Assembly: GCA_963781885.1 (NCBI GenBank)
Contig: CAWAHW010000004.1
Coordinates: 320,001 to 384,000 of the forward strand
DNA: 64,000 nt
Direction of reading: 5' to 3'
Source: an uncultured Spirochaetota bacterium
GTDB taxonomy: Bacteria > Spirochaetota > Spirochaetia > SZUA-6 > Fen-1364
Every line of letters starts with the position of its first letter. Within the stretch, counting starts at the first letter, position 1. The notes beneath the pieces are model-generated. The model saw only the letters and a list, made by a program, of their open reading frames with translations, had not been told where the DNA came from and ran no database searches. Of the stretch, positions 8,637-19,498 are shown one piece after another. A program made the position numbers and the translations under genes.

Positions 8637-10595
8637 TCATGCAACACCCGTCGAGGCCTCCCCTGCCACCGGGGAGGCGCCGCGCCTGAGCTGCGATTCG
8701 TAGAGTTGGGCGTAGAGGCCTCCGCTGCGGGCAAGCTCCCCGTGGGTGCCGCGCTCCACGATGACGCCCCTGTCCATGACGAGGATGACATCCGCCGCGA
8801 GCACCGTGCTGAGCCGGTGCGCGATGACGATGGAGGTGCGGCCCCTCATGACGCGCGTGAGCGCCTCCTGGATGAGCTCCTCCGAGGTGCTGTCGAGGTG
8901 GCTGGTCGCCTCGTCAAGGACCAGGATGCGCGGGTCCTTGAGCACCACCCGTGCGATCGCCACGCGCTGCTTCTCCCCGCCGGAGAGCCTGTAGCCGCGC
9001 TCGCCCACCAGCGTGTCGTACCCGTCGGGAAGCTCGTGGATGAAGTGCGAGATATTCGCCGCATCGCAGGCAGCCTCCAGCTCGTCCATCGAGGCATCGG
9101 GCTTTGCAAACAGAAGATTCGCGCGAATGGTATCGTGGAAGAGATAGGTCTCCTGCATCACCATTCCGACGGCGGCGGACAGCGTCTCCAGCGCCAGGTC
9201 GCGGATGTCGACACCGTCCAGAAGCACCCGGCCCGCGGTGGGGTCGTAGAGGCGCGGTATGAGGTAGCTCATCGTGGTCTTGCCGGCGCCGCTCGGGCCG
9301 ACGACGGCGACGAGCTGCCCGGGGGAGGCGGTAAAGCTCACATCGACGAGCGCCTGGGACCGGGCCTGACTGGGTCTCGCCGGCCGATCCGCGGCATCGG
9401 GCTCCCGCGGCGTCCCCGAGATGATGCCGCCGATCATGTCGGCCCGGCCCACCCGCTTCACGTGGCTGAGGAGCACGTCGTCGGCCGATGCCGCATACGA
9501 AAAGCCGACGCGCTCGAAGGCAAGCTCGCCGCTCACCGACGGAAGCACGACGGGGCTCTGCCTTTCGCGGATGTCGAGGGGGAGATCGATCACCTCGAAG
9601 ACGCGCTCGAAGCTCACCATCGACTGCGCGAAGGCCACCGGCGCGCCCGCAAGGGACCTGAGCGGCCCGTAGAGCTGGCCGAGGTACGAGCTGAAGGCCA
9701 CGATCGTCCCGATGGTGAACACGCCACTGATGACAAGGTGTCCGCCGGCCAGGTAGACCAGAGCCGTGCCCACCGCGCCGACCATTCCCATGAGCGCGAA
9801 GAACCTGCTCGCGGCGGTGGACTGCCGGACGCTGATTCCGCGCAGCGCCCCCGCGCGCGTCCTGAACCTGTCCACCTCCGCCGCGTGCCGTCCGAAGAGC
9901 TTCACGAGCAGCATGCCGCTGATATTGAGCGTCTCCTGCATGAGCGCGTTCATCCGTGCCGACTCTTCCATCTGCGTGCGGGCGATCTCGCGCAGGCGCC
10001 GGCCCAGGCGCCGCGCGACGAGCGTGAAGAGCGGAAGCACGACGAGGCCAAGAAGCGTGAGCCGCCAGTCGAGCGCGAGCATCACGAGGAGCGTGGCGAC
10101 CACGGTCACGAGATTCGTCACGATGTCGACGATGGTCGAGCTGATGGCCGTCTGCGCCCCCATCACGTCGTTGTTCATGCGGCTCATCAGCTCGCCGGTC
10201 TTGTTGTGCGTGAAAAAGCGCAGCGACATGCGCTGGAGGTGGGAATAGAGGGCGAGGCGGAGGTCATAGATCACGCCCGAGCCGATGCGCGTGGTGAGCC
10301 AGCTCTCGATGACGCTGAACACGCCGCCGGCAACCGGTATGGCAAGCAGCCCGAGGGCGAGCAGGTCCAGCTCCCGCACGTCCGCGCGTGGAATGGCGCG
10401 GTCGATGAGCTCGCGGAAGAGCAGCGGCGAGACGAGGGAGAGGGCCGTGCCGGCAAGGATGACGACGAGCAGCAGCACGCTGCGGCCCACGTAGGGTCGC
10501 GCGTAGGCTGCCACGCGCTTCAGGAGCGGCCACGTGATGTGCTTCAAGGCTTCGCGGCCGGGCTCCTCGCCCTGCAGCCAGAAACGATCGTGCAT
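8637..10595 (-). CDS. ABC exporter, fused permease/ATP-binding protein
   Basis: Start MHDRFWLQG; TMD, GPSGAGKTT, LSGGEKQR, LDEATS. The ORF-track N-terminal extension is a shadow of the MFS gene. Confidence 0.92.
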   Translation of the reverse strand: MHDRFWLQGEEPGREALKHITWPLLKRVAAYARPYVGRSVLLLVVILAGTALSLVSPLLFRELIDRAIPRADVRELDLLALGLLAIPVAGGVFSVIESWLTTRIGSGVIYDLRLALYSHLQRMSLRFFTHNKTGELMSRMNNDVMGAQTAISSTIVDIVTNLVTVVATLLVMLALDWRLTLLGLVVLPLFTLVARRLGRRLREIARTQMEESARMNALMQETLNISGMLLVKLFGRHAAEVDRFRTRAGALRGISVRQSTAASRFFALMGMVGAVGTALVYLAGGHLVISGVFTIGTIVAFSSYLGQLYGPLRSLAGAPVAFAQSMVSFERVFEVIDLPLDIRERQSPVVLPSVSGELAFERVGFSYAASADDVLLSHVKRVGRADMIGGIISGTPREPDAADRPARPSQARSQALVDVSFTASPGQLVAVVGPSGAGKTTMSYLIPRLYDPTAGRVLLDGVDIRDLALETLSAAVGMVMQETYLFHDTIRANLLFAKPDASMDELEAACDAANISHFIHELPDGYDTLVGERGYRLSGGEKQRVAIARVVLKDPRILVLDEATSHLDSTSEELIQEALTRVMRGRTSIVIAHRLSTVLAADVILVMDRGVIVERGTHGELARSGGLYAQLYESQLRRGASPVAGEASTGVA

Positions 10596-12028
10596 CAGCG
10601 GTCCTCCCGCGGCGGACCGGCCGGTTCGACGGCCGTCGCGGCAACACCGCGCATCGCGCCCCGGGCGAGCGACGCGGCGATGCCCATCACGCACAGTGCG
10701 GCGAAAACAAGGAATCCGACGCGGAAGGCGCGGAGGAAGGCCCCGTACTGGTCGGGGGTGATCTCCACCTGCCCGACGTAGAGTGCGATGATGAGCGCCG
10801 CGACGCCCATGCTCAGCATCTGGCCGATCAGCCGCATGACGGCGGTCGTGGCCGAGGCGACGCCGTACTGCCGCCGCTCCACGGACCCCATGATCGCGCT
10901 CGTGTTCGGGGAGGAGAAGAAGGCGAAACCCAGACCGCAGAGAACAAGGATGAGCACGATGGCGACAAGCGGCGTCGCGGCGCCCAGGAATGCCGTGAGG
11001 AGAAGACCCGTCGCGCTCATCGCCATGCCGAGGGAGGCAAGCACGCGCGGCTCGATCCTGTCGGAAAGCCGCCCCGCAAGCGGAGAAAAGACCGCCATCA
11101 TCACCGGTTGCGATAGCAGGACGAGCCCCGCGGTCCAGGGGCTCATGCCTTTGACGTACTGGAGGTAGAGGCTCACCAGGAAAGAAATGGCGTACGTGGC
11201 CGCGTAGTTGACCAGGGCGGCGAGGCTGGAAAAGGCAAAGACGGTGTTCCGACGGAAGAGGCTCACCTCCATGACCGGGGACGCCGTCCTTCCCTCGCGG
11301 AAAATGAAGCCGGCAAAAACGGCCGCGCCGCCCACCAGGAGCACGCCGCCGTACAGGGAGGGAAGGAGGCGGAAGCCGTACATGACGCCCAGGAGCGCCA
11401 CGCCGTAGAGCAGCGATCCGATCAGGTCCATCTTCTGGCCGCGCGCATCGGCCCATTCCCCCCGCATCTTCCACAGGGTCATCGCCACCACGATGAGGCC
11501 CAGGAGCGTCGTGAGCCAGAAGATGCTCCGCCATCCGAATGCCTGGGTGAGGAAGCCGCCCACGAAAGGTCCGAGCGCGGTGCCTGAATAGACGGTGGCG
11601 ACCGTGACGCCGAGGGCCCGACCGCGCTGTTCGGGAGGATAGACCGAGGTGACGATTGCCGTGGACGTGCCGAACATCATCGCGTCGGTGAAGCCCTGGA
11701 GCGCGCGCAGCGCGATGAGCATCGCCTCCGACGTCGCCAGCGTGCAGAGAAAGGACACCACGGTGTAGCCGATCATGCCGGTGAGAAAGACTTTCCGGCG
11801 GCCGCGGATGTCCGCCAGCCGTCCCATGGGGACCAGGAAGACCGCCGCGGCGAGCAGGTACGCCGTGGTGATCCAGCTCAGCGTGATCGCATCCGCCCCG
11901 TACTCCTTGCCGATCGTCGGGAGCGCGATGTTGATGGAGGTTGCCATGAAGGGCGTGAGAAATGACGCCATCGCCGCGACGAGCAGGACCACCCGCTTGT
12001 CGACGTTGCCGGACTCGGGTTGCTTCAT
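10595..12028 (-). CDS. MFS drug-resistance transporter (DHA2, 14 TM)
   Basis: GRLADIRGRRK motif A, ALRALQG, GRLSDRIEPR. Confidence 0.92.
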   Translation of the reverse strand: MKQPESGNVDKRVVLLVAAMASFLTPFMATSINIALPTIGKEYGADAITLSWITTAYLLAAAVFLVPMGRLADIRGRRKVFLTGMIGYTVVSFLCTLATSEAMLIALRALQGFTDAMMFGTSTAIVTSVYPPEQRGRALGVTVATVYSGTALGPFVGGFLTQAFGWRSIFWLTTLLGLIVVAMTLWKMRGEWADARGQKMDLIGSLLYGVALLGVMYGFRLLPSLYGGVLLVGGAAVFAGFIFREGRTASPVMEVSLFRRNTVFAFSSLAALVNYAATYAISFLVSLYLQYVKGMSPWTAGLVLLSQPVMMAVFSPLAGRLSDRIEPRVLASLGMAMSATGLLLTAFLGAATPLVAIVLILVLCGLGFAFFSSPNTSAIMGSVERRQYGVASATTAVMRLIGQMLSMGVAALIIALYVGQVEITPDQYGAFLRAFRVGFLVFAALCVMGIAASLARGAMRGVAATAVEPAGPPREDR

Positions 12029-12070
12029 CCGTCTAAGATACTCTTGCCGATGGCAGAGTGGGCAGAGGGG

Positions 12071-12745
12071 TCATTCCTCCAGGAAGCCCAGCTCCCGGGC
12101 CTTGAGGGCGGCCTGCGTCCTGTCGCGGGCGTCGATCTTGGCGAGGATCGTGCTCACGTGATTTTTCACCGTGCCTTCGGCGAGGAAGAGCTTCTCCGCG
12201 ATCTCCTTGTTGCTGAGCCCGCGGGCAAGCAGGCCGAGCACGGCGCGCTCCCGGCCGGAGAGGGGCTCCACGAGGTGCTTCTGGGCCGCGGTGGTGGGCC
12301 GTGACAGGCGCGCAAAGGCGTCCATGACCTTCCGCGCCACCGTGGGCTGGAGCGCCGCTCCTCCGCCCGCGATGGTGCGCACGGCGGCCGCCAGGTCCGC
12401 GCCCGACACGTCTTTCAGAAGGTAGCCGCAGGCACCGGCGCGCACTGCCTCGAAGACAAGCTCGTCTTCGTCGAATGTCGTGAGCACCAGGATCTTCGCG
12501 CCGGGCGCGCGCCCCCGGATCCGACGCGTCGCCTCCACGCCGTCCATGCGCGGCATGCGGATGTCCATAAGCACGACATCGGGCGCGAGCTTTTCGAATG
12601 CCTCCACGGCCGCCACGCCGTCGACGGCCTCGCCGGCGATTGCGATGTCCTTTTCCATCTCCAGAAGCGTGCGCAGCCCTTCACGCATGAGCTGCTGGTC
12701 GTCCACGAGCAGCACGCGCAGCGTCGCGGGTTTCGGCTCAGCCAT
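12071..12745 (-). CDS. NarL/LuxR-family response regulator
   Basis: VLLVDD, DVVLMDIRMP, GYLLKD, LSNKEIA...GTVKNHV. Confidence 0.93.
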   Translation of the reverse strand: MAEPKPATLRVLLVDDQQLMREGLRTLLEMEKDIAIAGEAVDGVAAVEAFEKLAPDVVLMDIRMPRMDGVEATRRIRGRAPGAKILVLTTFDEDELVFEAVRAGACGYLLKDVSGADLAAAVRTIAGGGAALQPTVARKVMDAFARLSRPTTAAQKHLVEPLSGRERAVLGLLARGLSNKEIAEKLFLAEGTVKNHVSTILAKIDARDRTQAALKARELGFLEE

Positions 12746-13955
12746 GGGCGACACCCGTCGCGGACGGCAGGACGAGACGAAGCTCGGCGCCGCCGTCGGC
12801 TGCCGCCTCCAGGTCCACCCGGCCGCCGAACGCCGCCGCGCGTGCGCGCAGGTTGCCCAGGCCAAAGCCGCTTCCGCCGAACGCGGGAGCCGGCGCGCCC
12901 GGCGCGGGCAGTCCCCGGCCGTTGTCCCGGCAGGTAAGGACGTAGGCGTTCCCCTCTTCGCGCAGACTGAGCGTGATGCGGGTGGCAGCGGCATGCTTCT
13001 GCACGTTCGTGAGCGCCTCCTGCGCGGTGCGGACGATCACCTGCTTGCGTTCGGGCTCGGGCTCGGGAAGACCGGGCGGAAGGTCGAGAGTCACCGCCGC
13101 CTCCGCTCCCTGCGCGAAGACGTCCACCAGCGCGGCGAGCACTTCGGGCAGCGTCTGCGCGCCCGGCAGATCCGTCCGCAGCGCGCTCACGGCCGCCCGC
13201 AGCTCGTCGAGGCCCTGGCGGACCTGTGTCCGGGAGGTTTCCACCATGCGCGCCGCCCGCTCGGGCTCGGTCGGAATCAGGCGCGCGGCGCCCTCGAGGA
13301 TCACCGCCGCCGCCGTCAGCTTGTGGCCCACGGCATCGTGCATTTCCCGCGCCAGGCGCTGCCGCTCGTCCATGACGGCCATGTCGCGCAGGCGTCCCTG
13401 GGCCCTCGTGAGCTCGGCAAGGAGCTGCTCGCTTTCCGCCTGCGCCTGCAGGGAGCGGCGGAATGCAACGGCGAAGGCGATGAAGGCGAAAAAGCCCGCG
13501 CCGTAGCTGAGCATCGAGGACAGCCAGTACCGGTCGCCGGTGACTATAAGGCAGACAAGAAGTGCCACGGACGCGCCCGCCACCCACGCAATGGATATGC
13601 CGACCGGCATGCGCATGCCGACGATCGTGCAGATCACGAAGAAGAGGATCGCGCCGTATATCGGCACGGTACCCCACACCATGATGGCGACGACGATCAC
13701 CGACGCCGCGAGCGCCGATACAAGAAAGCGCCCTTTCCCCCCATGATGCTCGGTGTAAAAGACGAATGAGAGGCACGCCGCGAACGCCGCCAGGAGCCCC
13801 GCGACCAGCCAGAAGCGCGATCCCACGGGGATCTCCAGGAGCTGGGCAACGGCCACGCCCGCCACGGTGAGGTATCCCGCCACGTGCAGGATCGCATAGC
13901 GGTGTCGCTTCCTCATGCGGAGCTTTTCGACGGCCAGAAAGTCATCAAGCGGCAT
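12738..13955 (-). CDS. Membrane sensor histidine kinase (HisKA_3, DesK/LiaS-like)
   Basis: ERQRLAREMHDAVGH, QEALTNVQKHA, DNGRG, GFGLGNLRAR; start MPLDD. Confidence 0.9.
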   Translation of the reverse strand: MPLDDFLAVEKLRMRKRHRYAILHVAGYLTVAGVAVAQLLEIPVGSRFWLVAGLLAAFAACLSFVFYTEHHGGKGRFLVSALAASVIVVAIMVWGTVPIYGAILFFVICTIVGMRMPVGISIAWVAGASVALLVCLIVTGDRYWLSSMLSYGAGFFAFIAFAVAFRRSLQAQAESEQLLAELTRAQGRLRDMAVMDERQRLAREMHDAVGHKLTAAAVILEGAARLIPTEPERAARMVETSRTQVRQGLDELRAAVSALRTDLPGAQTLPEVLAALVDVFAQGAEAAVTLDLPPGLPEPEPERKQVIVRTAQEALTNVQKHAAATRITLSLREEGNAYVLTCRDNGRGLPAPGAPAPAFGGSGFGLGNLRARAAAFGGRVDLEAAADGGAELRLVLPSATGVAHG

Positions 13956-13972
13956 GCCGTCAGTATACCACG

Positions 13973-15101
13973 TCACGCGATGGACGCCCGGCGCCGCCAG
14001 GAGGCGAAAGCCGCCAGGACGAAAACCGCCGCGCCGAAAGCGAGCAGAAGCAGCATGCTGTGCACCGCGGGCCCCGTCGTCGCTGACGGGGAGAGGACGG
14101 CGAGGAAGCCATCCATCGCCCAGCCCGCCGGATCGATCTTCGTCACGGTCCGCAGCGACGCGGGGAAGAAGGCGGAGGGATACCAGCACCCGCCGAACAC
14201 GGCGAGGACCATGGCGAGTGCCAGCCCGAGCGATCCCGCCTGCCGGGAGGTCCGACAGACGGCGCCCAGCAGGGCTCCCATCGCCGCGCCTGCCAGGCAG
14301 AAGGAGACGCTCAGGCCCAGAAGCGCCGCGGGGTGGGAGAACCAAGAGAGACCGAACACGAGCGCGCCGAACCCGATCAGGAGCGCTATCTGCGCGAGGG
14401 CCCCGAGCATTTCCGAAACCACGCTTGCCGCGGTGACGATGCCGCGCGGCGCCGGGGTCGTCCTCACCCTCCGCATCGTTCCCCGCCTCCGTTCCGTGAT
14501 GAATCCCGCGCCCAGGCCGAGCAGCGGCACGAGCGCCCACGTGATGATCTGGCCGGCATTCCCGGTGGCGGCGGCGGACGGCGCTTCGAGGGTGCCGCTC
14601 GTGAGCGAGGGTCCGCGGGCTGCCGGCGCGGCGGCAGGTGTTGCCGTTGCTGGCGCGCGCAAGCCCTGCTGCGACCCTGGCCTGCGCGGCAGAAAGCCAG
14701 TCTCCCACCTGCCGTGCCGTGGCGCCGGCAGACCCGCGCCATGGGGAAAGCTTGAACGTGAGCGTAAACGGCAGCGCGCTCCCGGATGAGCCCCCGGTTG
14801 TGAGACTGAGAAGCAGGTCGGGGTCGGATGTGCTGATGAGCGCCGTGGGATCGGTCACCTCGCGCAGGCGGATACCGGGCATCTGTCCCAGCATCGCCGT
14901 GAATGCGCGGCTAGCGGGGGATTCCACCGTGTCTTGGAGAAGCACGAGAGGCGCCGCGGCGGCCTTGCCGCTGCCGGTCATCGACGCGCCGGCGAGGACC
15001 ACCGTGAAAACCACCGGCAGCAGGATGAAAAACACGAGCTCCAGGGGTGAGGAGAACCTGACGCGCAGGTCCTTGATGATGATCGCGATGAATGCGCGCA
15101 T
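13973..15101 (-). CDS. ABC-2 transporter permease; frameshift near 14655
   Basis: N-part MRAFIAIIIKDLR... in one frame; C-part ITERRRGTMRR...GGCWYP in another. Confidence 0.85.
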
Positions 15102-15103
15102 GA

Positions 15104-15859
15104 CTATCTCCTTGTCACCGACGGTGTGCGGGCGCGGAGCGCAGAGGCGATCCACAGCACCGCGGTCATGATTCCCAGCGCGCCCAGGTCGCGCAGGACG
15201 CTCGCGGGGCCGCCGCCCAGCGCAAGAGAAAAAAAGGCGTGCTGACCCCAGTAGTTCGGGGTGATGCGTGCAAGGGTATCAATCCAGGGTGTCGTGGGGA
15301 TGACCGCCGCAAAGCTCCTGCTCATGATGCCGAATACCAGCGTGAGCGCCATGCCCAAAGCATTGATGCGGCTTGGGGTGCGGCCCAGAGAGATCAGGAG
15401 CGCGATCCACCCGCTCGCGCAGACGGCGAGCACGAGACAGACCAGGAGAATGACTCCCACGGGCCCCCAGGACAGCCCGTAGAGCAGGCTGGAGATCCCG
15501 ATGAGCACCAGGAGCTGGAGGAAAAGCAGCACGATGTGCGATGCCGTGCTGCCCGCCGTGATGGAGATGTCGGCGATCGGCGCGGAGCGCAGGCGGTCGC
15601 GCACCCCGCGGTCGGTGTCCTCCGCGATTGTCTTCGCGGACTGCCGGACGGTGAGCATCATGAAGAAAAGGGCCATGCCCGGAGCGATGTACGACAGCGC
15701 GTCGAAGCCGCCCGCGGGCGCCGTCTGGAACGGGGTATGCCCCGCCACCAGTCCGATCGCGACGATCAGGACGATCGGCACGACGAGCGTCATGAGCAGA
15801 CCCACCGGATCGCGCAGCGCCCTCTTCAGATCCTGCCAGGCAATGATGAAGAGCGCCAT
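15104..15859 (-). CDS. ABC-2 transporter permease
   Basis: IAWQDLKRALRD, EDTDRGVRDRLRSAP, ITPNYWG. Confidence 0.85.
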   Translation of the reverse strand: MALFIIAWQDLKRALRDPVGLLMTLVVPIVLIVAIGLVAGHTPFQTAPAGGFDALSYIAPGMALFFMMLTVRQSAKTIAEDTDRGVRDRLRSAPIADISITAGSTASHIVLLFLQLLVLIGISSLLYGLSWGPVGVILLVCLVLAVCASGWIALLISLGRTPSRINALGMALTLVFGIMSRSFAAVIPTTPWIDTLARITPNYWGQHAFFSLALGGGPASVLRDLGALGIMTAVLWIASALRARTPSVTRR

Positions 15860-16810
15860 CACTCGCCTCCCTGCGCGACCAGCTCGCGCCCGGTGTAGGC
15901 AAGGAAGACCGTCTCGAGGTTCGGCTCCCGTATCTCGATGTCGCGTAGCGTGGCGCGGACGGTGGCGGCGGCCTCCACGATCCGCGGCAGAAGCTGGCGG
16001 ACGCGCGGTGCCGTCACGGTGACGTGCGCCCCGTCATTCTCCACCGAAAGGCCCGGCACGGTGCGCAGCGACGCCGACAGCCGATCCCCCTCCTCCTTGC
16101 CCGCGAGCGCCACGCGGAGCCTTTCGCTGCCGCCGACGCTCGCCGCCAGCTCCCGGCAGGTGCCCACGGCAAGGAGCTTCCCGTGATCGATGATGCCGAC
16201 CCGGTCGGAGAGCTCCTCCGCCTCGGCCATGTAGTGCGTCGTGTAGAGAATGGTCGTGCCTTCATGCCTGAGCTGCCAGGATGAGGTCGAGCACGGATCG
16301 CCTGCTCTGCGGATCGATGCCCACGGTGGGCTCGTCCATGAACACCAGGCGTGGCGCGTGCAGCAGGCCGGCGGCGATATTCAGGCGCCTCTTCATGCCG
16401 CCGGAGAGCGTCTTCACCGTGCTGCGCGCCCGGTCGGCAAGATCGACCTTGTCCATGATCGCCTCGATGCGGCGGCGCAGGTCGGCGCCGTGCAGCCCGT
16501 AGAGGCGCCCCCAGAAGAGCAGGTTGTCCATCGCCGAAAGCTCCTCGTAGAGGGCGATCTCCTGCGGGACGACGCCGAACAGCCGGCGCAGCGCCGCGCT
16601 GCGTCCGCGCACGGAAATGCCGTCGATGCGCGCGTCCCCGCCGCTGGGCTCCACGAGCGCGGAGAGCATGCCGATGGTGGTGCTCTTGCCGGCGCCATTG
16701 GGTCCGAGCAGGCTGAAGACCTCCCCTTCCTGTATCTCAAAGCTCACGCCGTCGACGGCCGTGAGGCTCCCGAACTGTTTCCGCAAATCCATGATCTCAA
16801 CGAGTGCCAT
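15859..16810 (-). CDS. ABC transporter ATP-binding protein (LnrL-like); frameshift near 16270
   Basis: GPNGAGKST, LSGGMKRR, DEPTVGIDPQSR, then YTTHYMAEAEELSDR in a shifted frame. Confidence 0.9.
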
Positions 16811-17103
16811 CTCATTCCTCCTGAGCTGGCACAAATATGCCCCCAGACCCCCCTGTGCGGGCGAGTGCTGAAAGTAATGGAAAGGTCACGATGACAGGGG
16901 AACAGTCGCACGGCCCTTCTGTTCCAATTGGGAACAGATAGTGGAACGGCGATACACCATGCTTTACTGACGAACAGAGCAGTGTTGCGAAATTCGGTCA
17001 AAATCCCCGCATTTTTGCGCCGGAAAGCCGCTTTTTGGCACCTGATGCCTCTTGGCACGGATAATGATTCCTTATCAGATAAGTCAGGTATAAGGAGGTG
17101 CTG

Positions 17104-18559
17104 ATGATGAGCAGCGCTGCGAGACTCGAAAGGGCGTTGGTCCGCGTCACCGGGGGAGACCTCGACTCGGCGGAAGTCGATCTCAAGGCTACCCGCGGCC
17201 ATTCGTTTGAGGGATTGCGGGGGCTCATTGTACGGCTCCGCGGCCAGCGCGAAAAGGTAAGCGCGTTCGTGCGCCAGGTCTTTTCCCTGGGCACGCAGGT
17301 GAGCGCCTTCGACCTGCGCCTGCGGGCGGCGAGCGAAGAGATGAGCAGGACCTCCGGGGAGCTTGCGTCCCGGACCGCCTCAATCAACACATCCATGGGA
17401 GAGACGAGCGGCGCAATCAATGAAATCGCCTCATCCAACAATGACCTTGCGGCCGCGCTCAACAACATCTCCGCGGAATCCCGCACCCTGAGTGAAAACA
17501 CGCGCAAGAGCCAGTCCGGTCTGGAGGCGGCCATCGTCGACAACGCCCGGCTCCAGGACGTCTCCCGTTCGATGCAGGCGGATTTTGACGACCTTGCGCG
17601 CGTCCTCGACGGGGTCGGGAGCGTCGTGGACGGCATCGTCGACATTTCCGACCAGACCAACATGCTTGCCCTCAACGCATCGATCGAAGCGGCGCGTGCG
17701 GGTGATGCGGGCCGCGGCTTCTCCGTCGTCGCCGACCAGATCAGGAGACTGTCCGAGACGACGCGGAACCAGGTGCAGACGATCACAAAATCGCTCGACC
17801 AGCTCCGTGCCGCGGCGGCAAAAAGCTCCGCGAGCGCGCGGGAGACGGTCGAGTCGGCCCAAGGCATCAATAAGGTCCTCGAATCCGTCACGACGGCGTT
17901 CTGCAGAGAATGCAAACGCGATCGACCGGATCGCCGACGACCTCGCGACCATCTCCGCGCGCAACGAGGAGCTGAGCGCCGCTCTGGAGGAAATGACGGC
18001 CACCGTGACGACGATCTTCCACGAGACGAAGGGCCTGGACGAGCTGGGGCGCTCCACGAGCGTGGAGAGCGCCGTCATCCAGGACATCGCCGGCTCGATG
18101 CAGAAGATCGAGGATGACGCCGCCGCGCTCGCCGGCCAGGGCGGAGAGGTCGCGGCGGACCGCATCTTCCACCTGTCCAACGACGACCTGATCGCCGCGG
18201 TCGACGCTGCCGTCACGGCGCACGGGAAATGGATGGCCGATCTGCGCTCCATCGTCGAGACCATGCAGGTGAAACCCCTCCAGCTCGACGATCGCCGCTG
18301 CGGCTTCGGGCACTTCTATCATTCGGTGAAGCCCACCGCCCCGGAAGCGGAAGAGATCTGGCTGAAGGTCGGGGTGCATCATCACGCCCTCCACCAGAAG
18401 GGGGGAACAGTCATCCAGCGCGTGAAAACGGGGGACAGGACCGGGGCAGCGGCGTCCCTGCACGAAGCGGACAGCCTGTCGAAATCAATCATCGCCGCGC
18501 TCCAGGAGCTGAAGAGCCTTTCGCAGGAGATGAAGGAGAGGAATCAGAGCGTCCTGTGA
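17104..18559 (+). CDS. Soluble methyl-accepting chemotaxis protein with C-terminal CZB zinc-binding domain; frameshift near 17905
   Basis: QTNMLALNASIEAARAG.AGRGFSVVA; CZB AHGKW...RRCGFGHFY...HHALH; no TM helix; AAGGAGGT RBS. Confidence 0.88.
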
Positions 18560-18565
18560 CGCCTT

Positions 18566-19441
18566 CTATCTGAAGACCGAGAAATAGCGGTCGAAGAAGA
18601 GCTCAGGGTTGACGCCGAATGCCACCTCGTGCCTGCCCGCGGCATCGGGAGTCCACAACGTGGCGCCGGCAAGACGGGAGCTGGCAAGCTCCACCTCGAC
18701 CGTGCCTTTCTCATACGTGCAGACGGGCTCAAAGAGGGAGACTGCTGCAAGCGGATCGTGGAAGATGATGGCGCCGTCATGCCGTGTCCCGTACCGCCAG
18801 AAGTCCAGCACCGGCCGCAGGAGCGGGCCCTGAAACCTTTGCCTCACCGCGGCCGCGTCGAGGGTGACTCTGGTGGTGACGTCCAGCCCGATGCTCCGGT
18901 GCACGGCCACGGCGTGGCGGTACACGATCGCGGTGGCGGGGGGATCCAGAAGCGCGTTCCATTCCCGCGGTCCGAAACCGACGGCCCGATTGGAAAAGAC
19001 GCCGCACATCATGACGAGCGCCTTCAGGAGACCGGGGATGGAAGGGTCGAGCGAAAAGAGCAGCGCGACGTTCGTGAGGGGCCCGATGGTGAGGAGGACC
19101 ACTTCACCGGGATGCGCGTGGATCGTGTCGCGAAGGAAGCCCACGGCGCGGCCTTCCGGGAATGTCTCGTCGTGCGGCCAGTTGGCAAGCGCCGCCGCCT
19201 GGGGTGCGTGCGTCTGCTTCTGCGCGGCAAGGAGCGGCAGCTCCGCGCCCGGAAAAATCGGCACGTCCTTTCCGGCCGCGCGGCAGAGCACGCTTGCAAG
19301 ACGCGCCCGCTGGGTCGCTTCGCCGCTCACCGTGGTGATGCCAAGAAGCTCGCAATCGGGATGGGCCAGGAGCCACGCCAGTGCAACGGCATCATCGATG
19401 TCGCTGCCGATGTCGGTGTCAAGGAGAACCTTCACGCTCAT
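18566..19441 (-). CDS. Inosine/uridine-preferring nucleoside hydrolase
   Basis: [25 protein letters not shown]...DP, HDPLA. Confidence 0.92.
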   Translation of the reverse strand: MSVKVLLDTDIGSDIDDAVALAWLLAHPDCELLGITTVSGEATQRARLASVLCRAAGKDVPIFPGAELPLLAAQKQTHAPQAAALANWPHDETFPEGRAVGFLRDTIHAHPGEVVLLTIGPLTNVALLFSLDPSIPGLLKALVMMCGVFSNRAVGFGPREWNALLDPPATAIVYRHAVAVHRSIGLDVTTRVTLDAAAVRQRFQGPLLRPVLDFWRYGTRHDGAIIFHDPLAAVSLFEPVCTYEKGTVEVELASSRLAGATLWTPDAAGRHEVAFGVNPELFFDRYFSVFR

Positions 19442-19498
19442 GCTGACGGTAAGAGCATAGCAGAGGTCCGCGGCGGGACGGAAGGGGCACGGCGCAGG

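Noticed and set aside
12738-15155. 805-aa permease-histidine kinase fusion (and the 965-aa ORF 8637..11534)
   Set aside because: Read-through from a frameshift or GC-rich shadow frame; the linker translations are Arg/Gly/Pro-rich nonsense.
17052-17068. Sigma-54 promoter upstream of the chemoreceptor (TTGGCACGGATAATGAT)
   Set aside because: Good -24 element but GA instead of GC at -12; too weak to call.
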